Under the pieces are notes generated by a model, which had not been told where the DNA came from, ran no database searches, and worked only from the letters and a program-made list of their open reading frames with translations. From Candidatus Oxydemutatoraceae bacterium (GTDB lineage: Bacteria; Pseudomonadota; Gammaproteobacteria; Poriferisulfidales; Oxydemutatoraceae): a stretch of 64,000 nt of DNA. Positions 9,685 to 20,487 of the stretch are shown here, piece after piece. The stretch is taken from contig OZ244779.1 of the NCBI GenBank assembly GCA_965219575.1, positions 588,769 to 652,768 on the forward strand, read 5' to 3'. Position numbers and translations under genes: made by a program. Each line of letters begins with the position of its first letter. The first letter of the stretch is position 1.

Positions 9685-11046
9685 ATGAAAGAAAAAGATA
9701 ACAATTATACACACAGCCAGTGGAGTTCTCGCTTCGTTTTTATTATGGCAGCAACCGGTTTTGCGGTTGGTCTGGGTAATATATGGCGTTTTCCCTATAT
9801 CGCCGGAGAGTATGGCGGTGGTGCGTTCGTATTGCTTTATATATTCTTTATAGTATTGATGGGCTTGCCGGCGATGATGAGCGAAATCATGCTAGGTCGT
9901 CTGGGCAAGCACAACACCATAGATACTTTTACACGTTTTCGCTCCGAATACGGAACCGGTTCATTCTGGAAAGTCATCGGTTTAATGGGGATTATAACGG
10001 GTATCTTGATTCTATCCTTCTATAGCGTAATCGCCGGGTGGGTCTTGTCTTATATATCCTATTCGGTGCAAGGTGTTTTTGAAAATCAATCGGTCGAGGG
10101 TATTGCGAGCATCTTCGATGAACTCACCGCAAACCCCGGTCGTATGATTTTGTGGCACACCTTATTTATGATAATCACCGCAGTCGTATTTATGCGCAAC
10201 ATCAATGCCGGTGTAGGGAGAGTGGTCTCTTATTTTATGCCGTTGCTACTGCTACTGATAATCGCAATGATGATCTACAATGCTTATGAAGCCGATATGG
10301 CACAAGCCATAGACTTTCTTTTTAGATTCAGTTGGGACGACTTCAGTGTCGAGATGGTTATAGTGGCTTTAGGACACGCATTTTTTTCATTAGGTATCGG
10401 CATGGGTGCGGCAATGATATATGGTTCTTATTTACCGGACCGAGTACCGTTATTAAGCACAACCGCTATCATCGCCACAGCCGACACGCTGGTCGCTATT
10501 TTTGCGTCGTTGATGATTTTTCCTATTTTGTTTTCCTTCGGTCTGGAACCTGCAGGAGGACCGGGCTTGATTTTTAAGACTCTTCCTATTGCTTTCTCAC
10601 AAATGCCGGGAGGCGATTTAATAGGATTCACATTTTTCGTACTGCTTTTTATCGCTGCATGGACCTCGGCTTTCTCGTTGTTGGAACCTGCCGTTGCGTG
10701 GCTGATAGAACATACCCGTTGGACACGCGGCCAAGCTGCCGCAGTCGTCGCCGTTTTTATTTGGTTATTGGGCTTTGCCACCGTCTTCTCTTTTAATATA
10801 TGGCAAGAAGTTAAATTGGGAGGAATGACACTGTTTGATTTGCTGGATAAATTCACCGCCAATATCACACTACCCTTAGGCGGGTTGCTGATTGCTCTGT
10901 TTGCCGGTTGGTTTTTGCCTATGGTGGCAAGCAGAGGACAACTTAATTTAGGTTCCGAATCGTATTATCGGATATGGCGATGGAGCGTACGCTATTTTTG
11001 CCCGATCTTGATATTGGCTATTATGATTGCCAGTTGGATAACTTAG
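9685..11046 (+). CDS. Sodium-dependent transporter (NSS/SNF family)
   Basis: AVGLGNIWRFPY signature; multiple TM; start moved to ATG 9685. Confidence 0.95.
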   Translation: MKEKDNNYTHSQWSSRFVFIMAATGFAVGLGNIWRFPYIAGEYGGGAFVLLYIFFIVLMGLPAMMSEIMLGRLGKHNTIDTFTRFRSEYGTGSFWKVIGLMGIITGILILSFYSVIAGWVLSYISYSVQGVFENQSVEGIASIFDELTANPGRMILWHTLFMIITAVVFMRNINAGVGRVVSYFMPLLLLLIIAMMIYNAYEADMAQAIDFLFRFSWDDFSVEMVIVALGHAFFSLGIGMGAAMIYGSYLPDRVPLLSTTAIIATADTLVAIFASLMIFPILFSFGLEPAGGPGLIFKTLPIAFSQMPGGDLIGFTFFVLLFIAAWTSAFSLLEPAVAWLIEHTRWTRGQAAAVVAVFIWLLGFATVFSFNIWQEVKLGGMTLFDLLDKFTANITLPLGGLLIALFAGWFLPMVASRGQLNLGSESYYRIWRWSVRYFCPILILAIMIASWIT

Positions 11047-11053
11047 GTAGTCG

Positions 11054-11497
11054 ATGAGTCGTATTGCACGCGAAGCCATAGTGCCTTACACCTGCCGCCA
11101 AATGTATGATTTAGTCACCGATGTGACAAGCTATCCCGAATTTATTTCATGGTGCGACCGTGTTGATACCGAAACCGTAGACCGAGACTCGATTAAAGTG
11201 CGACTGGGAATACTTTATAAGAAAACCGTAGACTTGTCTTTTACGACGATCAATACCAACACACCCGATCGGTCGGTAGAAATGAAATTGGCAGAAGGTC
11301 CGTTTAGCCGATTGAGCGGTCACTGGTATTTTAATCCCTTGGGAGAACGCGGCTGTAAAATCGTATTTCAATTGGATTACGAATTTAATAAATCTTTGAA
11401 AAACTTGGTAGTCAAACGAGTTTTCAACGAGGTATCGACATCTTTGTTGGATGCTTTTCGCATACGTGCACAGCAAAAATACGGAATACCCGTCTGA
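11054..11497 (+). CDS. ratA: RatA/PasT (Coq10-like START domain)
   Basis: MYDLVTDVTSYPEFISWC, GPFSRLSGHW; conserved context near smpB. Confidence 0.92.
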   Translation: MSRIAREAIVPYTCRQMYDLVTDVTSYPEFISWCDRVDTETVDRDSIKVRLGILYKKTVDLSFTTINTNTPDRSVEMKLAEGPFSRLSGHWYFNPLGERGCKIVFQLDYEFNKSLKNLVVKRVFNEVSTSLLDAFRIRAQQKYGIPV

Positions 11498-11771
11498 AGG
11501 GCGGATAGAGATTGTTTATGCCTCGGCGCACAGCCAAAAGGTGGTACACATCGATTTCAAACCTGCGATGCGAGTCGTAGATGCAATCCGCTTATCCGGT
11601 TTATTGAGAGAATTTCCGGAAATCGACACGGCACAAAACGCAGTCGGCATATTCGGTCGTAAAGTATCTTTGAATACAACGCTTAACGCAGGCGATCGCG
11701 TAGAGATTTATCGCCCTCTGGAATGTTCCCCGCAACAAGCCCGTCGCCGTCGTGCCTTCGAGGGCACCTAA
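11451..11771 (+). CDS. rnfH: RnfH/RatB ubiquitin-like protein
   Basis: VGIFGRKV, GDRVEIYRPL..RRRRA; start uncertain. Confidence 0.9.
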   Translation: MLFAYVHSKNTEYPSEGRIEIVYASAHSQKVVHIDFKPAMRVVDAIRLSGLLREFPEIDTAQNAVGIFGRKVSLNTTLNAGDRVEIYRPLECSPQQARRRRAFEGT

Positions 11772-12178
11772 TTTCTATCGGTTTTTCCGGATTTATTTTC
11801 AATGAGATTTTTCGTTTTACGAAAACGCTCTATGCGGTCGCCGTCGAAGAACAATGTCAGACGATAAAATTCTATTTCTGCACTTGAGACATTGTTGTAA
11901 TAAATATAGTCCCAGCGGTCGTCGTGAAAAACAGTCGGCAACACCGGTTCCCCCAACAGATAGACCACCTGATTTTTATTCATGCCCATTTTTATTTGCG
12001 CAACCTTTGATTGCTCTAATATATTGCCTTGTGTAATCTCAATTCTATAGAGTCTATAAGTGTCGGGATTGAATAAGCGGGTAAAAAAACCGGTTGACTC
12101 CTCGCCTATTTGGCTGCCGCAAGAACAAAGCGATATACTCAAAATTGCGATAATTAACTTAAAATTTGGTTTGCCCAT
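11768..12178 (-). CDS. bamE: Outer-membrane protein assembly factor BamE
   Basis: Lipoprotein signal, QGN, GMNKNQVVYLLGEP, RWDYIY; divergent from fur. Confidence 0.92.
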   Translation of the reverse strand: MGKPNFKLIIAILSISLCSCGSQIGEESTGFFTRLFNPDTYRLYRIEITQGNILEQSKVAQIKMGMNKNQVVYLLGEPVLPTVFHDDRWDYIYYNNVSSAEIEFYRLTLFFDGDRIERFRKTKNLIENKSGKTDRN

Positions 12179-12218
12179 TGCACAATGATAATATAAATGG
12201 CTTAAATCGGTAAATGAT

Positions 12219-12656
12219 ATGAATCAGCAAGATATAAAACGTGCCGGACTTAAGGTTACGGTACCGCGAATCAAAATACTGGAAATCATGGAAGGCGCGG
12301 ACTCTCGGCATGTAACCGCCGAACACATACATCGCAAGCTAACCCTGAAGGGAGAGAATGTCGGTTTGGCAACCATCTACAATGTGCTTGCCCAATTCGA
12401 AGCATCCGGACTGATACTACGCCGCTATCTGAAGAGGGGACAAGCCTGTTACGAGATTAACCGAGGCGAACATCACGACCATATGGTTTGTACCCAGTGC
12501 GGTAGAATCGTCGAATTCGTCGATCAAACGATAGAAAAACGCCAAGACGCTATTGCCAAGAAATACGGTTTTACACTCAACGACCATTCTTTGGTGATGT
12601 ATGTCGATTGCAACGCAAAAAATTGTAAACATCTAAGCAATAGAACCGCCGATTGA
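12219..12656 (+). CDS. fur: Ferric uptake regulator
   Basis: GLKVTVPRIKIL, GLATIY, HHDHMVC..CG. Confidence 0.96.
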   Translation: MNQQDIKRAGLKVTVPRIKILEIMEGADSRHVTAEHIHRKLTLKGENVGLATIYNVLAQFEASGLILRRYLKRGQACYEINRGEHHDHMVCTQCGRIVEFVDQTIEKRQDAIAKKYGFTLNDHSLVMYVDCNAKNCKHLSNRTAD

Positions 12657-13045
12657 GCCGGTAGGTCAATCGGCGTAACATTGTGCAGAAACTTAGCATG
12701 GGTATGTAGGGCGGACCATTCCCCTCCTGTGGAGGGGTGGCAGGCGCAGCCTGACGGGGTGGTTGTGTCGTCGGGCTGTTGAAAAAGTGCGGCATCGTAC
12801 GAATCCAATCACTTGCGCCATTTTGTTTTGGTTTCCATAAATTGGATGGATGAATGTATAAATCATGTAGGCACAACGCGTTACGGGCGGACATGTTAGT
12901 CCGCCCCTACAGGTGGGTTGGATAATTATGCGGCGCAAGCGGTTACGGTTTTGCAGAACAGTATTTTTTCAACAGTCCCGTCGTATTTGCACTATTTTAT
13001 ACATTCATCCATTTGATCTATGGGAACCATTATTTGTTAGCGCAG
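12639..13045. repeat. Mosaic repeat cluster including TIR-bounded element 12772-12979
   Basis: Hairpin module, CCCCTCC..GGAGGGG module, TIR element flanked by GTCGT on both sides. Confidence 0.85.
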
Positions 13046-13092
13046 GGTGGTTGGTGCTGCGCATAACAGTACTCAAGAGGAATGGTCGGACC

Positions 13093-14769
13093 CTACCGGG
13101 TATGCGCTTCGAGCATCTGTCGGGCATGCGCTAGCGATTGCTTGCTGATTTTTGTGCCTGCTATCATTCGCGCAAGTTCTTGCAATCTGGGTTGTTTGTC
13201 TAGTTTGCTCAGTGATACCGATGTGGTTTTGTCTTCGGTGTTTTTCTGCACATAAAAGTGATGGTCTGCTTGACTTGCGATTTGAGCTAGATGGGTGATG
13301 CAAAATACTTGTGCTTGGGTGGATAACTTTCTCAGCAGGCGACCGACAATTTCTGCGGTAGCACCGCCGACCCCGCTATCCACCTCATCGAATATAAGCA
13401 CCGGCATCATGCGCTGATTAGAAAGCGCAACCTGCAATGCCAAGCTGATACGGGATCGCTCCCCACCCGATGCCGCTTTTGCCAAGCTCTGTAATTTTTG
13501 TCCGGGATTGGCACACAGCATATATTCAATGCGCTCAATACCGCTCGGTGTAGGGTCGGAGGAATCCGAGGCACTGAAGTTTATTTTGAATTGTGCTTGC
13601 GGCATATTCAGTTGTTTTAGCAGTTTCAATACCTCTTTTTCCAGTATTCGTGCGGATTGTTTTCGGGTGTGGCTCACCTTGCCGGCAATTTTTTTATAAT
13701 CTTCTTCCAGTACCGACTTTCTGCTCCGGAGTTGCTCTATACTTTGCTCGGGATCATCCAATGCCTTTAACTCGGCGCGTGTTTGTTCCAATTTCTCGGG
13801 TAATAGTTCGGCGCGTGTTTTATATTTGCGGGCGAGTTCTGTCAAAGTAGCAAGCCGTTTTTCCAATGCTTCAAAATCGCCTTGCGCCGTATCTATGTGG
13901 TCTAGATATTGTCCGATCTCGTGTGCTGCGTTATTGCTATGTTCAAGGGCACTGTCAATCAATCCGGCGATCTCTCGTAAATTGGGATCTATGTCGCCCA
14001 AAGAACGAAGTTCGTTATATGCAACACCTAACAGGCGTATTGCGTTTTGTTCGGCTTCGGTATCCAAAGCACCGTATGCCGTAGAAAGTGCCTGCTTGAG
14101 TTTTTCCTTTTGTGACAGTACTCGATGTTCTTGCTCTATCTGTTCAAACTCACCCGACTTAAGTTCCGCCTGTGCTAATTCTTCGCATTGCTGCAATAAC
14201 CATCGGTGCTTGATTTCCGTCTCTTGCGATTGTTGTTGTTTATCGTTTAGTTGATCGGCAATCGTTTTCCATTGCTTATAGATCGTTTGCATTTCTGCCA
14301 ACTGCGGTTGATGGTCGCTGTAGAGGTCTAATAAAGCCAAATGGCGAGAACGATCCAATAGCTGTTGCTGATTATTTTGACCGACCACATCTATCAATAG
14401 TGCGGTGAATTCTCTCAGCTGTTCCAAGGTTGAAAGTGCCCCGTTGATGAATGCTTGAGAACGACCCTCGACATTGATGACTCTTCTGATAATGCAGTCG
14501 TTGCCTTCGCTTTCCATGCTTCGCTCTTCTAGCCATCGGGCTGCAACCGGCTGCTCGCAGAGATCCACACCGATACTTACCGAGAGTTTATCGGCACCGG
14601 GCCGCACCAAATGACTTTGTGCGCGACGACCCAAAGCGAGTTCCAATGCATCTATCAGTATAGACTTGCCGGTGCCGGTTTCGCCGGTCAAAACCGTCAT
14701 GCCGCGTTCAAAATAAACTTCTATCCGTTCTACGATTAAGAAATTCTCTATCGTTAATGCGCTTAGCAT
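13093..14769 (-). CDS. recN: DNA repair protein RecN
   Basis: LTGETGTGKS Walker A, ASGGERSR, FDEVDSGVGG, CITHLAQ. Confidence 0.97.
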   Translation of the reverse strand: MLSALTIENFLIVERIEVYFERGMTVLTGETGTGKSILIDALELALGRRAQSHLVRPGADKLSVSIGVDLCEQPVAARWLEERSMESEGNDCIIRRVINVEGRSQAFINGALSTLEQLREFTALLIDVVGQNNQQQLLDRSRHLALLDLYSDHQPQLAEMQTIYKQWKTIADQLNDKQQQSQETEIKHRWLLQQCEELAQAELKSGEFEQIEQEHRVLSQKEKLKQALSTAYGALDTEAEQNAIRLLGVAYNELRSLGDIDPNLREIAGLIDSALEHSNNAAHEIGQYLDHIDTAQGDFEALEKRLATLTELARKYKTRAELLPEKLEQTRAELKALDDPEQSIEQLRSRKSVLEEDYKKIAGKVSHTRKQSARILEKEVLKLLKQLNMPQAQFKINFSASDSSDPTPSGIERIEYMLCANPGQKLQSLAKAASGGERSRISLALQVALSNQRMMPVLIFDEVDSGVGGATAEIVGRLLRKLSTQAQVFCITHLAQIASQADHHFYVQKNTEDKTTSVSLSKLDKQPRLQELARMIAGTKISKQSLAHARQMLEAHTR

Positions 14770-14773
14770 CAAT

Positions 14774-15664
14774 CTAAGGTTTGGCACTCCACATGAGCTT
14801 ATTTCTCAGTGTGGTGAAATAGTCGTGTTCCAATGTTTGTATCAATTTTAGTGTACCGGGAAAGCGTCTGATAGCAATTTCACTACCGGTTTCGAGGTTG
14901 CGGGTTATCTGACCGTCTATAGCCACGACCGCATCGCTTTGGTACCTCTCGGTCACCGAAACTTCTATAACTTTCCTCGAGTCTACGACCAGTGGTCTTT
15001 GGCTTAGTGTATGCGGACAAATAGGCACCAATAGTATCGCTTCCATAGTCGGTTCCAACAACGGCCCGCCGCTCGCCAAAGCATAGGCGGTAGAACCCGT
15101 GGGTGTAGAAATAATAAGTCCGTCGCCGTGTATGGTGTTCAGATAAACATTGTCTACTTGGGTATTTAATTCGAGCATCCGCACGGTGTTTTTATTACGT
15201 ACTGCAACATCGTTGCAAGCGATAAAGTTTTCGGTGCCACCCTCGCTACCGTGCAACATTACTTCGAGCATAATTCTTTCTTCCATGCGATAGTCTCCTT
15301 CAAAGATAGCATCCAGCCGGTTGTGAAAATCGTCCGGCGATATCTCGACGAGAAATCCCAATCGCCCCAAGTTGATACCGATGATAGGAATATCGTGTTC
15401 GCTACATATATGGCTCGCTTGTAATAAAGTACCGTCGCCCCCTATGGAGAAAGCGAGTTCGCACTGTTGCCTGAATTCTTCGGTGGATACAAACCTTATG
15501 CTTTTGTTATCGGGCGCAATAGCTTTATCCTCTTCCCTTACGACTATAGAATCGAAACGTTGCAACAGATAATCGCTCAAATGTGCTGCCACCGCCTGCG
15601 TTTTGCTACGCTCGCTATATTTCAGAATCAAGCCGGCGCATTTAATATCTTCGATGTTTTTCAT
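14774..15664 (-). CDS. nadK: NAD kinase
   Basis: GGDGTLL, GINLGRLGFL, STPTGSTAY. Confidence 0.97.
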   Translation of the reverse strand: MKNIEDIKCAGLILKYSERSKTQAVAAHLSDYLLQRFDSIVVREEDKAIAPDNKSIRFVSTEEFRQQCELAFSIGGDGTLLQASHICSEHDIPIIGINLGRLGFLVEISPDDFHNRLDAIFEGDYRMEERIMLEVMLHGSEGGTENFIACNDVAVRNKNTVRMLELNTQVDNVYLNTIHGDGLIISTPTGSTAYALASGGPLLEPTMEAILLVPICPHTLSQRPLVVDSRKVIEVSVTERYQSDAVVAIDGQITRNLETGSEIAIRRFPGTLKLIQTLEHDYFTTLRNKLMWSAKP

Positions 15665-15763
15665 TCGTATACGGAGTAAGATGAATTAATGTTGCTTATT
15701 ATAAAGGTATATCAACCTAAAGTAGAGGAGAATAGAACGACACTGTACTTGTGCGGATACGCC

Positions 15764-16150
15764 GGGGCTGTTGAAAAAGTATTGGCGCTGCATAAATCCA
15801 ACCGCTTGCGCCACATAATTATCCAACCCACCTGTAGGGGCAGACCTGTGTGTCTGCCCTTAAGTGCCGTTCTGCACAGCCGTAACCGCTTGCGCCGTAT
15901 GGTTTTGGTTTCCATAAATCGGGTGAATGAATGTATAAATCGTGCCAACCAGCGCGTTACGGGCGGACATGCAAGTCCGCCCCTACCACTCTATGGAATA
16001 CTTTTTCAACAGCCCCACGCCACAACCACTCCATGGAAAGGTTTTACAGTTTGTATATATGCTAGGGTTTTGCACAATGTCACGCCGATTGACCTACTGG
16101 CTCAATCGGCGGTTCTATTGCGCCTGCCATCCTTTCACAAGAGGGTAGTA
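15764..16150. repeat. TIR-bounded element 15764-16016 with REP doublet, followed by hairpin modules
   Basis: GGGGCTGTTGAAAAAGTA..TACTTTTTCAACAGCCCC with ACGCC on both flanks. Confidence 0.85.
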
Positions 16151-16265
16151 ACTCTCGCCATAGGACATTAGAAGCAACTGGTACCACAAAGTAGTATAAA
16201 ATTGCTTTATTGATTTGTACGCACCACACCGAGAAACCGATACCCGTATTATTTACATGACATAG

Positions 16266-17126
16266 ATGAATATCAGATTTACGAAAATGCACGGTTGCGG
16301 CAATGATTTTATGCTAATCAACGGCTGCGAATATTCTCCCCCGTTTGCCGTGGATGAAGAATCCATTCGCCGATGGGCGGATCGCCGTACCGGTATCGGC
16401 TTCGATCAACTATTAGTAATAGATAATCCTTCACAATCGGGTACTGATTTCGATTATCGCGTCTACAATGCCGACGGTGGCGAATCGGCTCAATGCGGTA
16501 ACGGTGCGCGGTGTGTAGCTCGCTTTGTTACCGAAAAGGGTTTGACCGATAAGAAAACGATACGGGTGCGCACGGCGGAGCGCATCATAGAGATCACCGT
16601 CCAAGACGACAATAACATTGCGGTTGATATGGGTGCGGCGGTATTCGACCCCGAGCGTATCCCGTTTAATCCCGGCGGATTGGTTGCGGTCGGTGAACGG
16701 ATAGAAGAGAAAATGTACACGGTTAAACTTCCCATACTAGATGTGTGTTTCGGAACCGTATCGTTCGGCAATCCGCATGCGGTCATCAAAGTCGAAAATA
16801 TAAAGGCGGTACCGATTGCCGAGATTGGTGTGGCTTTACAAACGCATCGCTGTTTTCCGGCCGGCGTCAATGTGTCTTTCGTGGAAGTACGAGACGATGT
16901 TCTGCACGCACGGATCTACGAACGCGGGGTAGGTGAAACTCAATCGTGCGGAAGCGGTGCTTGTGCGGTTGCGGTGATTGCTCGTAGCCGACGATGGGTT
17001 TCTCAAACTCTTGATTCGGTGCCGGTACGATTATCCGGAGGTTTGTTGAACATACGATTTGAGAAGGATAGAATTACACTGGTAGGACCGGCGGAATCGG
17101 TGTTCGAGGGTCGTATTAAGATATAG
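16266..17126 (+). CDS. dapF: Diaminopimelate epimerase
   Basis: FTKMHGCGNDF, QCGNGARC, ERGVGETQSCGSG. Confidence 0.97.
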   Translation: MNIRFTKMHGCGNDFMLINGCEYSPPFAVDEESIRRWADRRTGIGFDQLLVIDNPSQSGTDFDYRVYNADGGESAQCGNGARCVARFVTEKGLTDKKTIRVRTAERIIEITVQDDNNIAVDMGAAVFDPERIPFNPGGLVAVGERIEEKMYTVKLPILDVCFGTVSFGNPHAVIKVENIKAVPIAEIGVALQTHRCFPAGVNVSFVEVRDDVLHARIYERGVGETQSCGSGACAVAVIARSRRWVSQTLDSVPVRLSGGLLNIRFEKDRITLVGPAESVFEGRIKI

Positions 17127-17129
17127 CTT

Positions 17130-17852
17130 ATGTCAACAAAGGATAAAACTACAAGTATAGACGAACAACAGGTCGTAGACTTTCTAACTCGACATACTAA
17201 TTTTTTCAACGAGTACCCCGAGTTATTGCTCAAGCTATCATTGCCGTACAAAGACGGCAAGGTGTTATCTCTATCTCAAAAGCAAGCAGAAGTTTTACGA
17301 ACCGAAGCCGCCTCGATACAAAAAAAGTATTCCCAACTAGAGCAGGAAATCACGACACAAATAGATATCGTCAAGGAAAACGAGCGGCTTAGCATTTGTT
17401 TACATCGCTTGTCGCTAAAATTACTTCATAAACGAGAAATTGAACCCATCGTCTCCGAGACGATAAAAACATTGAGAGCACAATTTCCCTCCAATCAGAT
17501 CATTATTAGTCTATTGCCGCCGTACTCTAATTCATCTAAAACAGCACGCACACTCGATACTAAAGACCCGATATTGAAGACACTGCTCACATCGGTATTT
17601 AAGATCAATAAACCCGATTGCGGCCCGTTCGGTAGCGCAGTTCAAAAAGCACTATTCGGAAACTTCGCGCAACGCATACGCTCGTCTGTCGTCATGCCGT
17701 TGAGATTCCATAATCAAAAGTTAGGGCTTTTATTGTTCGGCAGTCCTCGCCCCGATGTCTATGTCCCCGGTCAAAGCACAATGCTATTGGTGCAGTACGG
17801 TGAATTGATCGCAACGGCAATCGCAGCTTGTGCAGAAACACGAAAGGATTGA
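17130..17852 (+). CDS. DUF484 family protein (YigA-like)
   Basis: V.DFL..HTNFF N-terminus; sits between dapF and xerC. Confidence 0.85.
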   Translation: MSTKDKTTSIDEQQVVDFLTRHTNFFNEYPELLLKLSLPYKDGKVLSLSQKQAEVLRTEAASIQKKYSQLEQEITTQIDIVKENERLSICLHRLSLKLLHKREIEPIVSETIKTLRAQFPSNQIIISLLPPYSNSSKTARTLDTKDPILKTLLTSVFKINKPDCGPFGSAVQKALFGNFAQRIRSSVVMPLRFHNQKLGLLLFGSPRPDVYVPGQSTMLLVQYGELIATAIAACAETRKD

Positions 17853-18781
17853 TGGACGACCCTATCCGAGCGTGCGAGCAGTTTCTTAAGGTATTAAAAG
17901 CCGAGCGAAACTATTCGGATCATACTATCGGTAATTACCGTCGTGACATTCTACGCTTCCTGAAGTATATCTCGGAAATCGGCGCAGACTGGGGCAAACT
18001 GGAGGAGACACAGGTATTAAACTATCTCTCGTCTCGTCATACTTCCGGTATCAAGGGTAAGACACTCGCCCGGGAGTTATCGTCGCTGCGACACTTTTTT
18101 AGATATTGCATAGCGCAAGACTACCACTGTAATTATCCGTTCGACGGCATCAAAGCACCTTTAGATCAGAAGAAATTGCCGAACACATTGAGTGTCGACC
18201 AAGTCTCTCAATTACTCGATCGAGAGCAGAGCAACTGCTCACCGTTGCTGATTAGAGATATAGCGATTATGGAATTGATCTATTCATCGGGCTTGCGCTT
18301 GTCCGAACTGGTCTCGGTGGATTTGGATAGCATCGATACCGGCAACCGAATGATCCGCGTGATGGGAAAAGGTAGCAAAGAGCGCGAGATACCGGTCGGC
18401 GGTCGTGCGATTAGAGCGATTGAAAGATGGCTAACAATACGCCGAACGATGAGTTGTAGTGGCGAGAGGGCTCTATTTTTGAGTCGCAACGGAAAACGCC
18501 TGAGTGCGCGCAATGTGCAGTTGCGCCTCAAGCAGTACGCGCAATCTCAAGGGATGCAGCAACATCTGCACCCCCACAAACTTCGCCATTCTTTCGCAAC
18601 GCATATTCTTGAATCGTCGGGTGATTTGCGCGCCGTGCAGGAACTATTGGGACACGCCGATATCGGTACGACACAAATATATACGCACTTAGATTTTCAA
18701 CACCTTGCGAAAGTCTACGACCAAGCGCACCCGCGCGCGCACAAACAACGCAGTAAAAATAAAAAGAGCAAAGAATACTGA
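17852..18781 (+). CDS. xerC: Tyrosine recombinase XerC
   Basis: [42 protein letters not shown]; dapF-yigA-xerC order. Confidence 0.96.
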   Translation: MDDPIRACEQFLKVLKAERNYSDHTIGNYRRDILRFLKYISEIGADWGKLEETQVLNYLSSRHTSGIKGKTLARELSSLRHFFRYCIAQDYHCNYPFDGIKAPLDQKKLPNTLSVDQVSQLLDREQSNCSPLLIRDIAIMELIYSSGLRLSELVSVDLDSIDTGNRMIRVMGKGSKEREIPVGGRAIRAIERWLTIRRTMSCSGERALFLSRNGKRLSARNVQLRLKQYAQSQGMQQHLHPHKLRHSFATHILESSGDLRAVQELLGHADIGTTQIYTHLDFQHLAKVYDQAHPRAHKQRSKNKKSKEY

Positions 18782-18793
18782 AATCAAGTATAT

Positions 18794-19135
18794 CTATTTA
18801 GGTTTATAACCGGCGGTGGCTTCATTGACGGATGCCCGCTTAGGGTCGAAAACAACATACTTTTCCTTGATGACTTTCTTAAAATCATCCGATATGCTTT
18901 GCCAATCTAAAATATCTACTTTGAAAGGAAGATCCGATTCTTCAAAGTCAAATTTAAGCAAGTTCATAACCTGCAAAGGTATTTTGTTTTGTGAAACGAT
19001 GGCTAAGTCAAGGTCGGAACTATTATTGGCGGTCTGCTTTACGCGCGAACCGAATACCCAAACCGTTGCATCGGGAACATGCTTTTTAAGAATACGCCGA
19101 ACAATTTCCTCGTGGTGGGGACGCAGGCTAATCAT
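18794..19135 (-). CDS. Minimal nucleotidyltransferase (MntA-like antitoxin)
   Basis: FGSR-x9-DLD motif; overlaps HEPN gene. Confidence 0.9.
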   Translation of the reverse strand: MISLRPHHEEIVRRILKKHVPDATVWVFGSRVKQTANNSSDLDLAIVSQNKIPLQVMNLLKFDFEESDLPFKVDILDWQSISDDFKKVIKEKYVVFDPKRASVNEATAGYKPK

Positions 19136-19541
19136 TTAATTTGCGTTCCATTTGTTTGAGGACATATTGAGCCTCTTGCAGAAAATCATCGGTTGCGTAG
19201 AAAACTTGATCGGCAATGCTTAAATCATAGGTATGAGAACTGTTATCTCTATTATTTTTATAGCCGAACCACTTCTCGGCATCCGATAAAATCCCTACTC
19301 TTTGAGCGTAACGAAAGATATCCCGAATAGGCATTTGATCGAAGTTTTCGTCGTAATATTCCTTTAAGTAACGAACCAGCATTTTGCGCGCCATTTCATA
19401 GCTAATAACAAATGCCTGAATAGCCCCTCTTTTTAGTGAGCGCTCGTGTTTTTCGTCCGTCCCCTTATATTTGTTATAGATAGTCAGAGACTCTTCCAAT
19501 GCTACGATAGTTTTCTTAAAACTACTCAAATCAAGTGCCAT
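19128..19541 (-). CDS. HEPN / HI0074-type nucleotidyltransferase substrate-binding protein (toxin)
   Basis: GAIQAF..YEMA, R-x4-H motif RDNSSHTY. Confidence 0.88.
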   Translation of the reverse strand: MALDLSSFKKTIVALEESLTIYNKYKGTDEKHERSLKRGAIQAFVISYEMARKMLVRYLKEYYDENFDQMPIRDIFRYAQRVGILSDAEKWFGYKNNRDNSSHTYDLSIADQVFYATDDFLQEAQYVLKQMERKLND

Positions 19542-19614
19542 AGGTTCCCATTCAATAATTAGAGATTCTAGAAAACATTTTTGTTAAGTAAACCAGTTTT
19601 CCATATTTTTCATA

Positions 19615-20367
19615 GGTACTTGACTAGTTTAGGGACAAAGTCCCACTCAAATATCCCTTACCATCTTCATTAGCATCTCATACTTTTGGGAGGCTGAAAG
19701 GTGTCTGTGATTGAATCGCCACTCGCATTCTTTTAGATGAAGGTGGAAATGTTTTCTCGACACGCCGCAGAACTTTGTTAATCTCCTTTTGGCCCATTCC
19801 CAGAAGTTTTCAATGCCATTGATATGTCTAGTACCACTGCCCAGTGTCTTTGAATGATTGATGCGGTAGTGTTTGTATCCATTCAACACCAACCCGTCAT
19901 AAGCTCTCCATTTATCTGTGTATATAGTACTCCTGTGTCCCACTAAACGCTTGATAATAGGTCGTATCTCGCTCTTTGAAGCATTGCGTATCACCTGCGT
20001 ATAGACCTTCCCATCTCTTTTTAATATGCCGAATACCGGTACTTTGTTCGGTGCACCTCTACCTCTTTTGTCTCCCTTTTTGCGACCACCGAAGTAGGAC
20101 TCATCGAACTCTACCTCGCCAGAGAATAGGCTCGTCTGCTCGCAGTGTTGTGCAATTCTTTCTCGGATTATATTGACATATCTATTCGCGGTATTTCTAT
20201 TGACCCCGGCTGCTTGTGCGATTTGGGTTGCACTCAGATCAAGGGCAAAATACCTCACAATTTGCCTTATTTTCCTGTTTGAAATATGTGCCCTTCTAAA
20301 ATGTCTGTTAGGTGTTGTCATTACTAGTTATTTTATCAAATCGTACTCCCTAAACTAGTCAAGTACC
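19615..20367 (-). mobile_element. IS1595-family (IS1016-like) insertion sequence, 753 bp
   Basis: Perfect 21-bp TIR GGTACTTGACTAGTTTAGGGA; 8-bp target duplication TTTTCATA (19607-14 and 20368-75). Confidence 0.95.
19647..20321 (-). CDS. IS1595-family DDE transposase
   Basis: GEVEFDESYFGG, RGRG, IYTD, HINGIENFW, LKECEWRFN. Confidence 0.95.
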   Translation of the reverse strand: MTTPNRHFRRAHISNRKIRQIVRYFALDLSATQIAQAAGVNRNTANRYVNIIRERIAQHCEQTSLFSGEVEFDESYFGGRKKGDKRGRGAPNKVPVFGILKRDGKVYTQVIRNASKSEIRPIIKRLVGHRSTIYTDKWRAYDGLVLNGYKHYRINHSKTLGSGTRHINGIENFWEWAKRRLTKFCGVSRKHFHLHLKECEWRFNHRHLSASQKYEMLMKMVRDI

Positions 20368-20487
20368 TTTTCATATTTTATCATTTCTTTGATTCGTGAT
20401 AATTCATCAATGTATTCCGGGTTGGCATAATGCTTTAAAGGTTCTGAACAACGCCATGCCGATTGCCTACCGGCTCAATCGGCCGTT

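Noticed and set aside
12181-12200. Fur box between bamE and fur (AATGATAATATAAAT)
   Set aside because: Only a partial match to the 19-bp consensus in AT-rich DNA
15689-16171. ORFs inside repeat clusters (also 12524-13134, 23483-23731, 30193-30792, 37433-38029, 47503-47957, 54421-54645)
   Set aside because: They are translations of the non-coding modules in inconsistent frames and strands, without conserved starts or stops
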